A stretch of DNA of 63,998 nt, counting the filler, from Octopus bimaculoides (Eukaryota), in NCBI RefSeq assembly GCF_001194135.2. It is 8 parts of 7 records of this genome, joined end to end, with 100 filler letters (N's around TTAATTAATTAA, not from the genome) between each part and the next. Parts side by side here need not be neighbours in the genome. Positions count along the whole stretch, not along the records: positions 60,543 to 62,895 come from NC_068995.1; positions 62,996 to 63,998 come from NW_026338937.1; 6 more parts are not named here. One strand, given 5' to 3'. A program made the translations under genes and the position numbers. Below the pieces are notes generated by a model that saw only the letters and a list, made by a program, of their open reading frames with translations, was not told the DNA's origin and ran no database searches. Shown piece by piece: positions 61,731 through 63,998 of the stretch. Each line of letters opens with the position of its first letter. Position 1 is the stretch's first letter.

Positions 61731-62864
61731 CTGAAATAACAGCAAAATTTTCTCCTTATCACGCTGCATATATCGGATAATGTGGCACTAGAACAGTTTT
61801 ACAATGGAAAGTGATTGATCACAGTTAAGCTCTATGTATTATTTTACACTAACGTTAAATACAAATCGCCATAATAAAGTGAGCGATTCTAGGATGCCGG
61901 GGAAAATAGTCTATGTAGTGGAAAACTTTTTGGCATCCATTCACATTCTCATTACAGCAAATGACTAATAACGGCTTCGGAAAATTCTTCATTTCCTTTC
62001 AAAATCGCTGAAGATATTGCCATTGGTGTGAAGCAACAGTTCTGATAGTGTACTTCAGCTTTCGTTGAAAATTTGAAATCCTTAGATCGTCTGAGCAGTG
62101 TTAAATCTATTACCAAGAGGACTAGTTCTAAATGCAACACATTGTAATTTATGAAGCTTTGTAAGTACGTCCTGATTATGACTCTCCTACATACGATGAG
62201 TAGGTGAAACCTGGTCGGCATCAATTACGATGGTTGGTTGAGTTAAAGTCATGTGCTTTACTGTCTCTTTCTATTTGTGTTTGAATCTGTGTTTGATCTG
62301 GTGTGAGTAACATAAAGTATTTTATGTAACGTAAGAATCGACGTACATCTACGTTACATTACCCGCAAATTACTAGTCATGGTCAGGTTACAAATCAATA
62401 TTATGTGATTGACATGCATGCATGTGGACTGAAATGGAATATAATGACATTGATGCTCGAAAATAAACGCAGGGAAACGGTAGCGTCTTATACTAGATGG
62501 TATTATACCATGATACAATAACGTTATTAGAGGTAGTAATATCAGAAATAGTAGCGGCAGCATCCATTGAATCAGATGCAGCTTATAATCAGAAAACATC
62601 AATGGCTGTAGGATGACAGGTAAAGTCTACTGAAGCACTAAACTTGAACTCAAGATGAAAACAGACAAACGATGTTCTTCAAGTCCTGTAGTACATTATT
62701 TCACTGAGCTTGACATTCCAACGCATTGAAGCTACGTGTTACGCTGTTCTTCAAGGAATGATCTAATCGATATTTTTCTCTCATGCCCTGGTATATATAT
62801 TTAGTATTTTTCCATATATTGAATTCAATATCAGTTTTTAACCTATTCTTTGCAACCATGTATG

Positions 62865-62895
<31 letters not shown>

Positions 62896-63229
62896 NNNNN
62901 NNNNNNNNNNNNNNNNNNNNNNNNNNNNNNNNNNNNNNNTTAATTAATTAANNNNNNNNNNNNNNNNNNNNNNNNNNNNNNNNNNNNNNNNNNNNCACAC
63001 ACACACACACACATATATATATACATATGTTAATGGTAAAAATTAGTGAACTCTTCCAAGAGGTCCCAGTTTTAAATTATATCTTATATTGCATCAGCTC
63101 ATTGTCATTCCAGTGAGTAAACCCCTAACACTTTTGACATTCTATAGTTTTTTCATACGATGCTTTAAACCATAATTTTTCTTTTCTTTGAAATTTTCAT
63201 TTGCTTCCAATTCATTCATGTGCTTTGGC

Positions 63230-63700
63230 TTTATAACAAGCCAATAGATAAGAGCAATAAGCTCCTGGTAACTGCAAACAACAGTCTTTCTATAGAAACA
63301 ACATTGCATTTAAGCTTGTGTTCTAGATATTTTCAGGAACCATCCATGCAATTATCTGCTGGCTGCTGTCACTTTTAGCTATACGTTCGTGAAATGATTT
63401 GACGTTATTTGATCATCGTCATTCTTTTTCCTTGATGTTGCACAAATTCCGTCTCTGGCTTTGGATTTACTTCTCTCAGCCCTATGTTTTCAAGTGACAA
63501 TGTGTTAGCAGATTGATAGTAAAGTGTTTGCAACTTTACAACCATTTAATTGCATGTCATTTTCATTTGCCTGTCTGTACATGGCATTATATCTCTTAAT
63601 ATCTTCTTTTATTTCTTTGATTTTGTGACTACATTTGCATTATGCAAAAAGAATATCAAGATTCATTGAAAAACAGGAATTTTCATATTTTCCTCGCTCA
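63230..63700 (-). mobile_element. Highly decayed CR1/L2-like RT fragment
   Basis: Minus: IKEDIKRYNAMYRQANENDMQLNGCK..ARDGI..LHGWFLKI resembles the late RT domains of CR1/L2 elements by recall. Confidence 0.4.
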
Positions 63701-63998
63701 TATTGATTTAAATTTTTCCTCAACATCTAAAAATGGTATTAGAATTTCATGGATGCATATGTTAAAAAATTTGTTTAATCTTCCTATGATTTTGATGATA
63801 ATTTTTAAAAGATGAGTTAATTCCCAACGCTATAATGCATCTAAGCCATATCAAGGTTCCTGGATCCTCACTAGCAATTTATCGCACAAAGCCTTGCTGA
63901 TATAAAAGAAATTATATTTTTGGATTATTCTCTGGCACTTTTTAAGAATTTGTTGTTTTACTTTTTCTTTTTTTTTATTTATTTATGAACCCCCCCCC

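Noticed and set aside
62170-62222. CTGATTA..CCTAC/GTAGG-T-GAAACCTGGTC
   Set aside because: G8 is missing, there is a 7-nt insertion before helix II, and helix I is only 3 bp.

Overview
This is AT-rich, repeat-saturated eukaryotic DNA, not prokaryotic. The SINE families resemble those I recall from octopus, so a cephalopod origin is inferred but not proven. The window is stitched from 8 assembly segments, joined by seven identical 100-bp fillers (44 N + TTAATTAATTAA + 44 N), and has many other N gaps, so adjacency across fillers is unverified. Nearly all ORFs in the supplied track are microsatellite or N artefacts. Supportable content: two abundant tRNA-derived SINE families (CORE-like and Meta/MESC-like core), decayed RTE, Tx1-like, CR1/L2-like and R4/Dong-like LINE fragments, mariner and DD37D (maT) transposon relics, Helitron-like fragments, a MITE, and a few candidate orphan exons (an Ig-like exon near 43.4 kb; terminal exons and a polyA site at 21-24 kb on the minus strand). 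There is no complete gene. The most interesting signal is a set of type I hammerhead ribozyme (HHR) motifs with palindromic, dimer-type helix III from several unrelated repeat families: a canonical HHR at 39350-39424; an inverted pair at 14.2/14.8 kb, one carried on a B-box + (AAT)n + HHR composite that looks like a Pol III ribozyme-SINE; a two-copy family with an A6U core variant (46.8 and 60.3 kb); and degenerate HHRs at 372-477 and in two hairpins. Second is a train of R4/Dong-like retroelements inserted into (AAT)n repeats. All structures were read by eye; no folding, alignment or database search was run.
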